Positions 1-8,340 of a stretch of DNA of 39,795 bases are shown piece after piece (the stretch's first letter is position 1; each line of letters opens with the position of its first letter). The DNA lies in assembly GCA_009776695.1 (NCBI GenBank), contig WRNI01000001.1:1-39795 (forward strand), written 5' to 3'. The notes beneath the pieces are model-generated. The model searched no databases, had not been told where the DNA came from, and saw only the letters and a program-made list of their open reading frames with translations. The position numbers and the translations under genes were made by a program. Origin of the DNA: Methanomassiliicoccaceae archaeon. GTDB lineage: Archaea > Thermoplasmatota > Thermoplasmata > Methanomassiliicoccales > Methanomethylophilaceae.

Positions 1-2384
1 GCACGCCTTTCGTTCACGGCCTCCGCAAGCAATGCGCCCGAGAAGTTCAGAACGAACGTGTCCACAAGGTCCTGCGGATGTATGTCGCCGGAGCACATCC
101 TCGCCTCCATGTCAGATATCGGCGTGCCCTCGAACCTGTTCAGAAGGTCGCAGTAGCTGCTCCACGGCCTTAACGAATCGATGTTCGATGAAAGATCTTT
201 AAGCCATTTTCTTATCGAGGCGGGCTTCATGTCCCCGTGGCCGTCCTTCGGCGCGCCGAGTATCGAGCTTATGACCGACACCGATCTTAACATATCGTTA
301 ACATATGCGTTCAGTTCCGCTGTCTTTGATCCCAGCGGGGTTCCTCCGGTGCCTCTTGAGATAAGCAGTGCGGTGGCGTCGCTGAACTTTCCGCTCTTGA
401 TGTTCTTTTTCACCGTTACCGTCCAGTCCCGCACGCCGCGGAGCTCGTCGGCGTCGGACGCGGCGCCTTTCCACATTTCGCCGAAAAGGTTCTTCGGGTC
501 GAACGACGCGAAAGCTTTCAGCTCCTGCTGGTATCTCGCTATGCTCTGAAGGTCGCCGCCTATTCCGGCCTCGTCTGCGGTGCCGGATACGGCGTGGGAG
601 TCCATCATCTTCTTTATCTCCCTGAGATCGCCGCGGCGCAGTATGCTCTTCACCGCCTTCTCATAGCGCGCGATGACCTCGCCGGCGTTTATCTCCAGGA
701 TCTTATCTTTATATCTGGCGAGTATCTCGCCGCGTAACTTCTGCAGCGACGCGGCGGCGACTATCATCGGGTCCGTCGCCTTTATGTAATTTTCAGTATC
801 GCTGTCCATTATCTCCTTCAGCGCCACACCGCCGTATCTTCTCATGTTCTCGCACATGTCGTTCAGTTCTGATATCTCGTTAAGCGTCTGCGGGGCGCAT
901 ACGCCTATCAGCCTGCACAGTTCCTTCGATGATGCGGCCACGTCGTCCAGCCTTTTGTTGATGTTCGCGATGTTATCGCGGAGCGAGTGCTCGCGGTCGG
1001 GTGTGAAGCTGCATACTTTATGGTCCTTCCAGACATTCTTCCTCACGGGCATGACCTGCGGCATTATGTCCGCCGCGGACCTCAGCAGCGAGACGAGCGA
1101 ATCCCATCCGTCGTCATCGATGTCGCGCGGGTTCTTTATCTCAACTCTTACAGGATTGCGTCTCCTTCTCTTTATGTTGCCGTACGCCGATTCGCGCATC
1201 CCTATCAGCTGGTACGGCGAAAGGCCTCTCTTGCCTATCGGCCCGGATATCGCGGCGGCATAAGCGTCAAGATCGCCGCGTACGCGTTCGAGCTTAACAC
1301 AATCCTGTTCCGAGAACGGTTCCATGACCGTTTCGGCGGTCATGGACCTTTCCATCTCCTTCAGGAAGTTCTTGCGGTTGGAGTTCTCGCTGTGCAGCTC
1401 AAGAACGTATCTTGAAAGGCCCGCTTCATCAAGCCTCTTCTTGACGATGTTCAGCGCGGCCATCTTCTCGCTCACGAACAGCACCGTCTTTCCGTTGCCG
1501 AGGCATTCGGCGATTATATTCGCGATCGTCTGCGACTTCCCTGTTCCCGGGGGCCCCTCAACGACAACGGAATGACCGTCCAGCACGTCAAGGATGACAT
1601 GCATCTGCGACGCGTCGGCGTTCAGTATGGAGTATGTGCACGAAGGTATCTCTCTTTCTTTTCCTTTATCGGTGTTCCCCGCCGGCGGGTCAAGTATCTT
1701 GCTCACAAGCGGCGAGATGTCGGACCACGCGGAAGTGTCGAGGTCGTTGTACATCACGGACTTACTGAAATCGAAGACGTCGATGACTATGCTGTCGTTC
1801 ATGCTGAACTCAGCCCTTCCCTCAATGGACGCTTTGATCGCGTCGGTGCATTTCTTCATGTCCGCGGCAGTTTCTATCGAATCGAACTGCGGAACGCGCA
1901 CGTTCGATTCCTTCAGTTTTTCGATGAGCGTGGGCGATACGCATACGTCGTCGCCTGACCAGAATATGCGCACACTGCCGGTGTCGTCCCTTTTCAGGCG
2001 GGCGGGTATCAGAACGACCGGCGCCTTTGCGCCTCCCTTCCCCTTCCATATGACGAAGCCGAGGGCGACGAACACCGTCGTATAACCAAGATCGTCAAAG
2101 TCTTCTTTGTAACGCTGTATCAGACGTTCCAATTTGCCGTCGATGTCGCTCCGCGACGACATTGACCTGAGATCGTCAGAGCCGGCGGCGGCCATCTTCA
2201 CGTTGGCGACGCGCAGACCTCCGCCGTCGATGACCAGCTTTGTGAGCACCTCCTCCGTCTCGGAATCGGTTATCTGAATGGACCGCTCGTCCCTGATCTG
2301 ATAGTTCACGAGATTGTTCGTCTTCCCGAGGTCCAGCAGCTGCGCCCTCAGCTTCTCGATATCGTCTTTGACATTCTTGGTCAC
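1..2384 (-). CDS. Superfamily-1 (Upf1/DNA2-like, AAA_11-type) helicase with DUF4011-like N-terminus. Only the N-terminal ~794 aa are present; the gene runs off the left window edge.
   Basis: Manual minus-strand translation gives an uninterrupted frame from GTG at 2384 (next in-frame ATG at 2162) down to position 1. It is absent from the ORF track because no stop lies inside the window. The N-terminus VTKNVKDDIEKLRAQLLDLGKTNNLVNYQIRDERSIQI resembles the DUF4011 opening of very large SF1 helicases. The Walker A motif VVEGPPGTGKSQTIANII is encoded at about 1533-1556 and is followed by KTVLFVSEKMAALNIVKKRL. The + strand ORFs listed for 181-2085 read like antisense shadows. Confidence 0.8.
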   Translation of the reverse strand, partial: MTKNVKDDIEKLRAQLLDLGKTNNLVNYQIRDERSIQITDSETEEVLTKLVIDGGGLRVANVKMAAAGSDDLRSMSSRSDIDGKLERLIQRYKEDFDDLGYTTVFVALGFVIWKGKGGAKAPVVLIPARLKRDDTGSVRIFWSGDDVCVSPTLIEKLKESNVRVPQFDSIETAADMKKCTDAIKASIEGRAEFSMNDSIVIDVFDFSKSVMYNDLDTSAWSDISPLVSKILDPPAGNTDKGKEREIPSCTYSILNADASQMHVILDVLDGHSVVVEGPPGTGKSQTIANIIAECLGNGKTVLFVSEKMAALNIVKKRLDEAGLSRYVLELHSENSNRKNFLKEMERSMTAETVMEPFSEQDCVKLERVRGDLDAYAAAISGPIGKRGLSPYQLIGMRESAYGNIKRRRRNPVRVEIKNPRDIDDDGWDSLVSLLRSAADIMPQVMPVRKNVWKDHKVCSFTPDREHSLRDNIANINKRLDDVAASSKELCRLIGVCAPQTLNEISELNDMCENMRRYGGVALKEIMDSDTENYIKATDPMIVAAASLQKLRGEILARYKDKILEINAGEVIARYEKAVKSILRRGDLREIKKMMDSHAVSGTADEAGIGGDLQSIARYQQELKAFASFDPKNLFGEMWKGAASDADELRGVRDWTVTVKKNIKSGKFSDATALLISRGTGGTPLGSKTAELNAYVNDMLRSVSVISSILGAPKDGHGDMKPASIRKWLKDLSSNIDSLRPWSSYCDLLNRFEGTPISDMEARMCSGDIHPQDLVDTFVLNFSGALLAEAVNERR

Positions 2385-2506
2385 GTTCGTCCCTTCTCTC
2401 CGTTGATGTGATAGTGTATGTATAATCCTTTCCTTCGTGCGCGAAGGAATAACTGATATAACAACGTTTATATTCCGCCGCCCCGTATGAGGGAAGAGGT
2501 GTTTGA

Positions 2507-2914
2507 ATGGTAAAGCTGACAGCAGAGATGAAGAGTGACATGAACAAAATGAAAATATTCCCGTTCGCGACGTCGTCGCTCTCGGGAGAGCCGAACGTGG
2601 TGCCGATGAACATGCTGATCCTTCAGGACGATGACGAGACGGTATGGGTCGTGGACAACTTCATGAAGAAGAGCCTCAGCAACATGAAGGAGAATCCGCA
2701 GGCGTCGTTCTACATATGGTCGCCGGAGACCGAAGGCGCATACCAGGTGAAGGGCACCGTGAGAATAGAAACGAGCGGACCGGACCACGAGAAGGCGAGG
2801 GAGATCGCCCAGGGAAGGAAGAAGGATCTCCCGGCGAAGACACTGATAAAGATGAGCATCACGTCAGTATATTCGGTGAAGCCGGGACCGACGGCCGGTG
2901 CGAAACTGTTATGA
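2507..2914 (+). CDS. Pyridoxamine 5'-phosphate oxidase-family (FMN-binding split-barrel) protein
   Basis: 135 aa ORF. FPFATSSLSGEPNVVPMNMLILQDDDETVWVVDNFMKKSLSNMKENPQASFYIW is the typical PNPOx-like split-barrel pattern. It is divergent from the helicase across an AT-rich promoter region (2385-2506). Confidence 0.8.
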   Translation: MVKLTAEMKSDMNKMKIFPFATSSLSGEPNVVPMNMLILQDDDETVWVVDNFMKKSLSNMKENPQASFYIWSPETEGAYQVKGTVRIETSGPDHEKAREIAQGRKKDLPAKTLIKMSITSVYSVKPGPTAGAKLL

Positions 2915-3091
2915 TCATTCCGGCGTGAGATATGCCTGGCCGGCGGCCATCGCCGCCGCTACGGGCACCAGCAGAAAATACCATAACGTAGGCTGCATCA
3001 CGAAATACAAAATGGCCGCGAAAATGGCGCCGGACACGGCGCCCAGCAAAGCGCTCAGCTTCACCCTTCTTTTCTTCCCTTCGGACATCAT
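2915..3091 (-). CDS. Small hypothetical membrane protein (58 aa)
   Basis: Manual translation gives MMSEGKKRRVKLSALLGAVSGAIFAAILYFVMQPTLWYFLLVPVAAAMAAGQAYLTPE, below the track length cutoff. It has a basic N-terminus and two hydrophobic segments. It starts 1 nt after the purB stop, so it may be co-transcribed. Confidence 0.35.
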   Translation of the reverse strand: MMSEGKKRRVKLSALLGAVSGAIFAAILYFVMQPTLWYFLLVPVAAAMAAGQAYLTPE

Positions 3092-3092
3092 T

Positions 3093-4457
3093 TTAAAACT
3101 TCCTCTTCAGCGCCTTTTCCGCGGCCGCCACCATACTGTCAACGATCTCGCCGGAACCGCCCGTGTAGTTGGCCGGTTCCATGGCGTCGCGTATCTCGGC
3201 CTCCGTCATCACTCCTCTGAGCCTTTTGTCGCGGAGCAATACATCCAATAAATGCTCATTCTGCGAGGATGCGGTCATGGATGCCTCTCGCACGATCTCG
3301 TGCGCGTCCTGTCTTCCCATTCCTTTCGCGGTCATTCTCATCATGACCGGTTCGGCCATGATCAGTCCGTTGGCGGATCCTATGTTCGCTTTCATCCTTT
3401 CTCTGTTCACGGACATGTTAGCGAACACATCATTCATCTTGAACAGCATGTCATCGACCAGCGAGAACACATGAGGGATCACGAAACGCTCTGCGCTGGA
3501 GTTGGACAGATCGCGCTCATGCCACAGTACCTGGCTTTCGAACGCCGGCGTTACGAATCCCCTGACTATCCTGGCAAGCCCGCAGACGTTCTCCGATGTT
3601 ATCGGATTCTTCTTCTGCGCCATCGTTGAGCTTCCGACCTGTTTCTTCACGTCGAATGCCTCAGCGGCCTCCGACACCTCGGAGCGCTGAAGGTTTCTCA
3701 CTTCGGTGGCGTACCGTTCGAGCGATGTCGCAACGGTTGCCAGAAAACATATCAGCTCAGTGTAACGGTCACGTCCGACAACCTGCGTGGCCGCCGGTTC
3801 GTACTCAATTTTAAGATCTTTCATCACCTTTTTCTGAACGTCAAAGAATTTATCTCCCAGAGCGGCGCCGGTGCCCACGGCGCCGGACATCTTCCCGGCG
3901 CACGCCCTCGGCGTTATCTGCTCCAATCTTTCTCTGTGCCTGAGCATCTCCGCGATGTAACCGGCGATCTTGAAGCCGAATGTTATCGGAACGGCGAACT
4001 GTGCGTGCGTCCTTCCTATCTGGATCGTGTCCCTTTCTTTCTTGGCGAGTTTCGCCAGCGTTGCGATGAACGTGTCCACATCGTCCGAGATGATCTCCAG
4101 CGCAGCCTTGATCTGTAACGCAACGGCGGTGTCAACAATATCGTTGGACGTTGCGCCGAGATGCACGGACCTGCCGGCGTCGCCTCTGCACTGTTCCGTC
4201 ATTGCCCTGACCATTGCCATAAGGTCGTGCTTCGTTTCCTTCTCGATGGCGTTGACACGCTCCGCTTTTACATGCTTAAGACAGGATATCCTTGTTATCT
4301 CGTCAGCATGCTCCTTCGGTATCGTTCCGAGAGAGGCATGCGCCCTCGCAAGGGCGGCCTCAACGTCCATCTGATACTGAAGTCTGCTCTCCTCGCAGAA
4401 TATCTTCTTCATTCCGTCCCGGCCGTACCGGTAATCAAGCGGGCAAAGGTCGCTCAT
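3093..4457 (-). CDS. purB: Adenylosuccinate lyase
   Basis: 454 aa. The N-terminus MSDLCPLDYRYGR, HLGATSNDIVDTA and the fumarate-lyase signature GSSTMAQKKNP are all present, and the length is typical for archaeal PurB. Confidence 0.95.
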   Translation of the reverse strand: MSDLCPLDYRYGRDGMKKIFCEESRLQYQMDVEAALARAHASLGTIPKEHADEITRISCLKHVKAERVNAIEKETKHDLMAMVRAMTEQCRGDAGRSVHLGATSNDIVDTAVALQIKAALEIISDDVDTFIATLAKLAKKERDTIQIGRTHAQFAVPITFGFKIAGYIAEMLRHRERLEQITPRACAGKMSGAVGTGAALGDKFFDVQKKVMKDLKIEYEPAATQVVGRDRYTELICFLATVATSLERYATEVRNLQRSEVSEAAEAFDVKKQVGSSTMAQKKNPITSENVCGLARIVRGFVTPAFESQVLWHERDLSNSSAERFVIPHVFSLVDDMLFKMNDVFANMSVNRERMKANIGSANGLIMAEPVMMRMTAKGMGRQDAHEIVREASMTASSQNEHLLDVLLRDKRLRGVMTEAEIRDAMEPANYTGGSGEIVDSMVAAAEKALKRKF

Positions 4458-4481
4458 ATGTCCGCTTTAAAATTCAATCAC

Positions 4482-4490
4482 GTTATAAAC
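4482..4490 (-). promoter_or_regulatory. Candidate TATA box for purB (near-leaderless transcript)
   Basis: The minus strand reads GTTTATAAC, centred about 29 nt upstream of the purB ATG at 4457. Confidence 0.3.
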
Positions 4491-4631
4491 TTTCCTGCCC
4501 TTGTGTTCGCATCCGAACTCCGTTTGTTAATATTTTATACAATCGGACGTGTGATAGGAGCAGAAAGTCTTATAAACGATATCTTTATTAGCAGGACTGT
4601 TGGACCGCTGCCTAGCGGTCGCGTTGTTTGA

Positions 4632-5807
4632 ATGTCGAGCGTGGAAGTAATGGAAGAATTTGTGGAGGAACAGCAACAATCATCTGAGGACCCTGAGACA
4701 CAGGAGCAGAAAATTGAGGACCCTGGAACAGAGGAGCGAACATCTGAGGACGCTGAGTCACAGGAGCAGACATCTGATGTCACCGAGGCACCGGAACAGG
4801 TGTCCGGGGAACCTGAGGCACAGGAGCAGGAACCTGACCTCACCGAGGCACCGGAACAGGTATCTGAGGTCACCGAGGCACCGGAACCGATGTCCGGGGA
4901 GCCTGAGGCACCGGAACAGAGGCCCGAGGACCTTGAGACGCTGGAGCAGAAACGAAGCATCATGAACAATGATGCCGAGAAGCACAGACGTCTGAGGGAC
5001 GATCTGAACAAACAGACGAAAGAATGGGTCGCCAAAAGGGACGCGCTGAACGCACAGGTGCGCGCGCTGATCGACGAAGCGGGCAAGCACAGGGAGAGCC
5101 GTGACGAATTCAATGTTAAAGTAAGGGAATCGAAAGACCTCAGGGACGAATGGAACAAGAAGGTCGCTGACCTCAACGAAAAAGTATCCGCGCTCAGAAA
5201 GGACCGCGAGCCCATGCCGGAGAGAAGGGCGGACGGCGATGTTCCGATAAAACAATTAAAGAAACAGCTGCGGGACCTCGAGTTCACACAGCAGACGAAA
5301 CCGCTCGGAAAGGACAAGGAGAGCGAGATCGTCAAGCAGATATCATTACTTGCGAGACAGATCGAGGAGAAGGAAAAAGTTTCCGAACAGGGCGGCGAGG
5401 TTAAAGAACTGGTGCGCCAGCTGAGAGAATCAAAGGCTCAGGCGGAAACATACCATAAAGCGGTCTCCGAGCACGCCAGATCGGCGCAGACGGCGCACGA
5501 CGATATGCTGGCGCTTTACGATCAGGCTGACAAATTAAGGAAAGAGGCGGACGCCGCCCAGGAAAAGTTCATCGAATGCAAGACACAAGCTGACGAGGAG
5601 CACAGGAAGCACATCGAACAGATAAAGTCCGTGCACGAGATGGACAAGGATGTCGGCGCGATAAAGAGCAGAAAGGCCAAGGACCGCAGGAAGAAGGTCG
5701 ACAACGAGTCCAAGAAAGAGGCGGAGGAGATATTCGAACGCTTCAAGGCCGGCGAGAAGCTGAGCACCGACGATCTTATGGCGCTTCAGAAATCAGGATA
5801 TCTCTGA
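4632..5807 (+). CDS. Conserved archaeal coiled-coil protein (COG1340-like) with an acidic tandem-repeat N-terminal extension
   Basis: 391 aa. Residues ~110-360 are heptad-like and K/E/R/D-rich. The C-terminal EEIFERFKAGEKLSTDDLMALQKSGYL resembles the tail I recall for the uncharacterised archaeal coiled-coil family. The N-terminal 107 aa are Glu/Pro/Gln-rich repeats. Confidence 0.75.
   Translation: MSSVEVMEEFVEEQQQSSEDPETQEQKIEDPGTEERTSEDAESQEQTSDVTEAPEQVSGEPEAQEQEPDLTEAPEQVSEVTEAPEPMSGEPEAPEQRPEDLETLEQKRSIMNNDAEKHRRLRDDLNKQTKEWVAKRDALNAQVRALIDEAGKHRESRDEFNVKVRESKDLRDEWNKKVADLNEKVSALRKDREPMPERRADGDVPIKQLKKQLRDLEFTQQTKPLGKDKESEIVKQISLLARQIEEKEKVSEQGGEVKELVRQLRESKAQAETYHKAVSEHARSAQTAHDDMLALYDQADKLRKEADAAQEKFIECKTQADEEHRKHIEQIKSVHEMDKDVGAIKSRKAKDRRKKVDNESKKEAEEIFERFKAGEKLSTDDLMALQKSGYL
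4683..4952 (+). repeat. Nine in-frame tandem copies of a degenerate 30-nt unit encoding an acidic decapeptide
   Basis: The units are SEDPETQEQK, IEDPGTEERT, SEDAESQEQT, SDVTEAPEQV, SGEPEAQEQE, PDLTEAPEQV, SEVTEAPEPM, SGEPEAPEQR and PEDLETLEQK. At the DNA level, blocks such as caccgaggcaccggaacagg and tgtccgggga(a/g)cctgaggca recur with 30/60-nt spacing. Confidence 0.9.
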
Positions 5808-5843
5808 ATTCGGGCGCTCACGGCATCTTCCTTTTCTGAAACT

Positions 5844-5850
5844 TTTTTTC
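5844..5850 (+). terminator. Oligo-T tract, a candidate archaeal terminator after the coiled-coil gene
   Basis: A T7 run (actttttttcac) lies 37 nt after the stop at 5807, preceded by ccttttct. Confidence 0.35.
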
Positions 5851-6135
5851 ACATTTTCCTGCACAATTCCGCCGGACCTTAAAATATTATATCATTTTAT
5901 GGGATATTTCCTCATTCGTGCCGTGCGGCGGCCTGACGGACCGGCGGTGCTGGCTGTCTTTTTCTCACTGATTTAACGCCGTTCGGGCAACAAAAAACAG
6001 GCAATTCGGCGTACAAACTTAAACTTTAAATACCCCTCAGATAATAGTGGTACGTTGGAAAAAGGTCCAGTCCCGTAGAGTGCATCCCATCCCTTCTGAC
6101 TGGCTGGACTCTTCCAATATCCTGTTCTCGCAAAT

Positions 6136-6145
6136 CTTTATTATG
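6136..6145 (+). promoter_or_regulatory. Candidate TATA box for srp54
   Basis: CTTTATTATG is centred about 27 nt upstream of the ATG at 6168, consistent with a leaderless or short-leader mRNA. Confidence 0.35.
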
Positions 6146-6167
6146 AGGCACACATTGTACCGTCAAT

Positions 6168-7505
6168 ATGGTCCTAGAAGGTCTCGGCAGGTCGTTAAGG
6201 AATGTTCTCAGCAGGATAACAGGCGCGAACAGCATCAGCGAGCAGCTTATCGAGGATGTTGTCAAAGATCTTCAGAGAGCATTGCTTCAGGCTGACGTGA
6301 ACGTGCAGATGGTCCTCGCTCTCACCAAAAAGATCAAAGAGCGCGCAATGGACGAGAAGCCTCCCGCGGGAAAAGGCCCGAAGGAGCATGTTGTCAACAT
6401 CATTTATGAAGAACTTGTGAGGCTCCTCGATAACGGCGAAGGCCTCAGGATGGAGCCGCAGACCATAATGATGGTCGGCCTTTACGGTCAGGGAAAGACG
6501 ACAAGCTGCGGAAAGCTCGCGCTTGTGTTCTCAAAGAAAGGTTTCCGCGTCGGTATGATAGCGGCGGACGTTCACAGACCCGCCGCGTACGATCAGTTAA
6601 AACAATTAGGTGAGAAAGTCGGTGTGGACGTTTACGGCGAACCGGGGGCGAAGGATGCGCCGGGCGTTGTGAAAAGAGGACTCGAACATTTCAAAGATAA
6701 GAAGGTGGTGATAATCGACACCTCGGGAAGGCACGCTCTCGAATCGGACCTCATACAGGAGCTGAAGGATGTCGCCGCTGTTGCCAAGCCCGGCGAGCGT
6801 CTGCTGGTTCTGGATTCGCAGGTCGGCCAGCAGGCCGGCCCGCAGGCCGATGCCTTCCATAAGGCGGTAGGCGTCACCGGTGTGATATTGACGAAGATGG
6901 ACGGGACCGCGAAGGGCGGCGGGGCGCTGAGCGCCGTGGCCGCGACCGACGCCAGGATAGTTTACATCGGTGTGGGCGAGCACATACGCGATTTTGAGCC
7001 GTTCGACGCCAAAAAGTTCATATCAAGGCTGCTCGGAATGGGAGATCTCTCGGCGCTTGTCGACATGGCGAAAGATGAGTTCGAAGGCGACGAGGAAGTG
7101 GAAGGCGCATCGAAGCACATAATGTCCGGACGTTTCACTTTAAAAGACATGTACACCCAGATGGAAGCGGTGAACAAGATGGGGCCTCTCAAAAAAGTGA
7201 TGAGCATGATCCCCGGCATGAGCAAGATGGAAGATAAGATCAATTACGAGGAGTCGCAGGCCAGATTAAGGAAGTACCGTGTGATCATGGACTCCATGAC
7301 GAACGATGAGATGGACGACCCCCGTGTGATAAAAGGTTCGCGTATAAACAGGATCGCGTACGGTGCGGGCGTCGATCCGCATGATGTCCGTGAACTGATC
7401 AAACAGTACGAACAAAGCAAAAAGGCGATGAAAGGGTTCATGGGCAACCGCAAGATGCGCAAGCAGATGATGAAACAGATGGGCAGCGGGGACCTTGACA
7501 TATGA
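6168..7505 (+). CDS. srp54: Signal recognition particle protein SRP54
   Basis: 445 aa. It has the N domain, G-domain motifs GLYGQGKTTSCGKLA, DTSGR and TKMDGTAKGGGALS, and a Met-rich M domain (MSMIPGMSKM, KQMMKQMG). Confidence 0.97.
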   Translation: MVLEGLGRSLRNVLSRITGANSISEQLIEDVVKDLQRALLQADVNVQMVLALTKKIKERAMDEKPPAGKGPKEHVVNIIYEELVRLLDNGEGLRMEPQTIMMVGLYGQGKTTSCGKLALVFSKKGFRVGMIAADVHRPAAYDQLKQLGEKVGVDVYGEPGAKDAPGVVKRGLEHFKDKKVVIIDTSGRHALESDLIQELKDVAAVAKPGERLLVLDSQVGQQAGPQADAFHKAVGVTGVILTKMDGTAKGGGALSAVAATDARIVYIGVGEHIRDFEPFDAKKFISRLLGMGDLSALVDMAKDEFEGDEEVEGASKHIMSGRFTLKDMYTQMEAVNKMGPLKKVMSMIPGMSKMEDKINYEESQARLRKYRVIMDSMTNDEMDDPRVIKGSRINRIAYGAGVDPHDVRELIKQYEQSKKAMKGFMGNRKMRKQMMKQMGSGDLDI

Positions 7506-8092
7506 TAAGATTCGTCGTCATCGGTCACAGAGCGGTGACCACCGGCGATTTTAAGCTGGACGACATCTCCGGCGGCGCCGGAAGGCTGGACGTTCTCGTG
7601 AGATGCGTCAACTCTGCGTTCTTCCTAAGCCACTCGATCAGGACGAACGTTGAATTATTTCTCGTCCTGACGGGAGGGAGCGACGCTCCGAAGACCGTAC
7701 GGTTCGCGGGCAGCGAACTGAAATATCTGAACCCGGACGAGAGAAGCACCTCATCGCTGATCAGGAACGCGCTGCTGAAGAAGGTCGGCAGCGAAGAGAT
7801 AAGATCGTCACCCGGAGTGTACATATCAAGGCGCTCGTTCTCTGACATGATCGAACAGCTCAGAGGGATGCCGATAATATATCTGAAAGAGGACGGCACC
7901 GACGCCCGTGATTTTGCTTTCCCTGATAACGCGGTCATCGTGCTCGGCGACGACAGGGACCTGACAGAAGAGGAAGAGGCAGCGGTCATGAAATGCGGCC
8001 CGTCAAAGATATCGCTGGGCCCGCTGAGCCTGCATGCGGACCACTGTATCATCGTTGCGCACAACGAAATGGACAGGCAGCGGGGCACATAA
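7502..8092 (+). CDS. trmY: tRNA (pseudouridine54-N1)-methyltransferase (SPOUT, DUF358 family)
   Basis: 196 aa. MIRFVVIGHRAVTTGDFKLDDISGGAGRLDVLVRCVNSAFFLSH matches the TrmY N-terminal pattern. Its start overlaps the srp54 stop in an ATGA. Confidence 0.8.
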   Translation: MIRFVVIGHRAVTTGDFKLDDISGGAGRLDVLVRCVNSAFFLSHSIRTNVELFLVLTGGSDAPKTVRFAGSELKYLNPDERSTSSLIRNALLKKVGSEEIRSSPGVYISRRSFSDMIEQLRGMPIIYLKEDGTDARDFAFPDNAVIVLGDDRDLTEEEEAAVMKCGPSKISLGPLSLHADHCIIVAHNEMDRQRGT

Positions 8093-8124
8093 GCTTTTTA
8101 GTCCCGTTGCAATGTATCATTATC

Positions 8125-8322
8125 ATGAGCGAAATGGAAAGAATACCGCAGCACCGTCATTGCTACGTATGCGGCAAGGCGCACACAGCGGAAGGAAGGT
8201 TCTGCAGCGACGCATGCAAAGATAATAAAAAAGCGGAGCTGTCGAAGAAGAAGCGTCAGCTGTTCATCATAGAGATAATACTCGTGGCAATCACAGTCGG
8301 TGCGATACTTACGGTAATATGA
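8125..8322 (+). CDS. Small zinc-ribbon protein with C-terminal TM helix (DUF2116-like)
   Basis: The ATG at 8125 gives MSEMERIPQHRHCYVCGKAHTAEGRFCSDACKDNKKAELSKKKRQLFIIEIILVAITVGAILTVI. This has HCxxCG...FCSxxC, a basic linker and a TM segment. The longer track ORF from 7993 would overlap trmY. Confidence 0.6.
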   Translation: MSEMERIPQHRHCYVCGKAHTAEGRFCSDACKDNKKAELSKKKRQLFIIEIILVAITVGAILTVI

Positions 8323-8340
8323 TCATGACACCATACAAGA

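Noticed and set aside
181-2085. Six overlapping + strand ORFs (83-163 aa) listed in the track
   Set aside because: They have low-complexity Ser/Phe/Leu-rich or Arg-rich translations and overlap one another. All lie antisense to one continuous minus-strand helicase frame with clear motifs, so they are shadow ORFs.
2176-2788. Minus-strand ORFs 2176-2613 (145 aa) and 2468-2788 (106 aa)
   Set aside because: They are Arg-rich nonsense-like sequences. The first is out of frame with the helicase N-terminus that occupies 2162-2384. The second is antisense to the well-supported PNPOx-family gene.
4683-4952. A 30-nt periodic repeat considered as a possible CRISPR-like or minisatellite array
   Set aside because: The units are contiguous with no spacers, degenerate, kept strictly in frame within a long ORF, and encode a coherent acidic decapeptide. 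This is a coding tandem repeat, not a CRISPR array.
4535-5335. 266-aa Ser/Cys-rich minus-strand ORF that might be taken for a repeat protein
   Set aside because: It is the antisense reading of the acidic decapeptide repeat and coiled-coil gene. Its periodicity is inherited from the sense-strand repeats and it has no independent start context.
5808-6167. Possible SRP (7S) RNA gene next to srp54
   Set aside because: I could not find the conserved SRP RNA helix-8/5' domain motifs or a ~300-nt GC-rich structured segment. Only local hairpins are visible. It is kept as a generic possible small RNA or leader finding.
7525-8088. 187-aa minus-strand ORF antisense to trmY, and the 7993-8124 N-terminal extension of the zinc-ribbon ORF
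   Set aside because: The TrmY assignment on the + strand is strong, so the antisense product is a Ser/Leu-rich shadow. The extension would overlap trmY by 100 nt, and the conserved zinc-ribbon module starts at the internal ATG at 8125.
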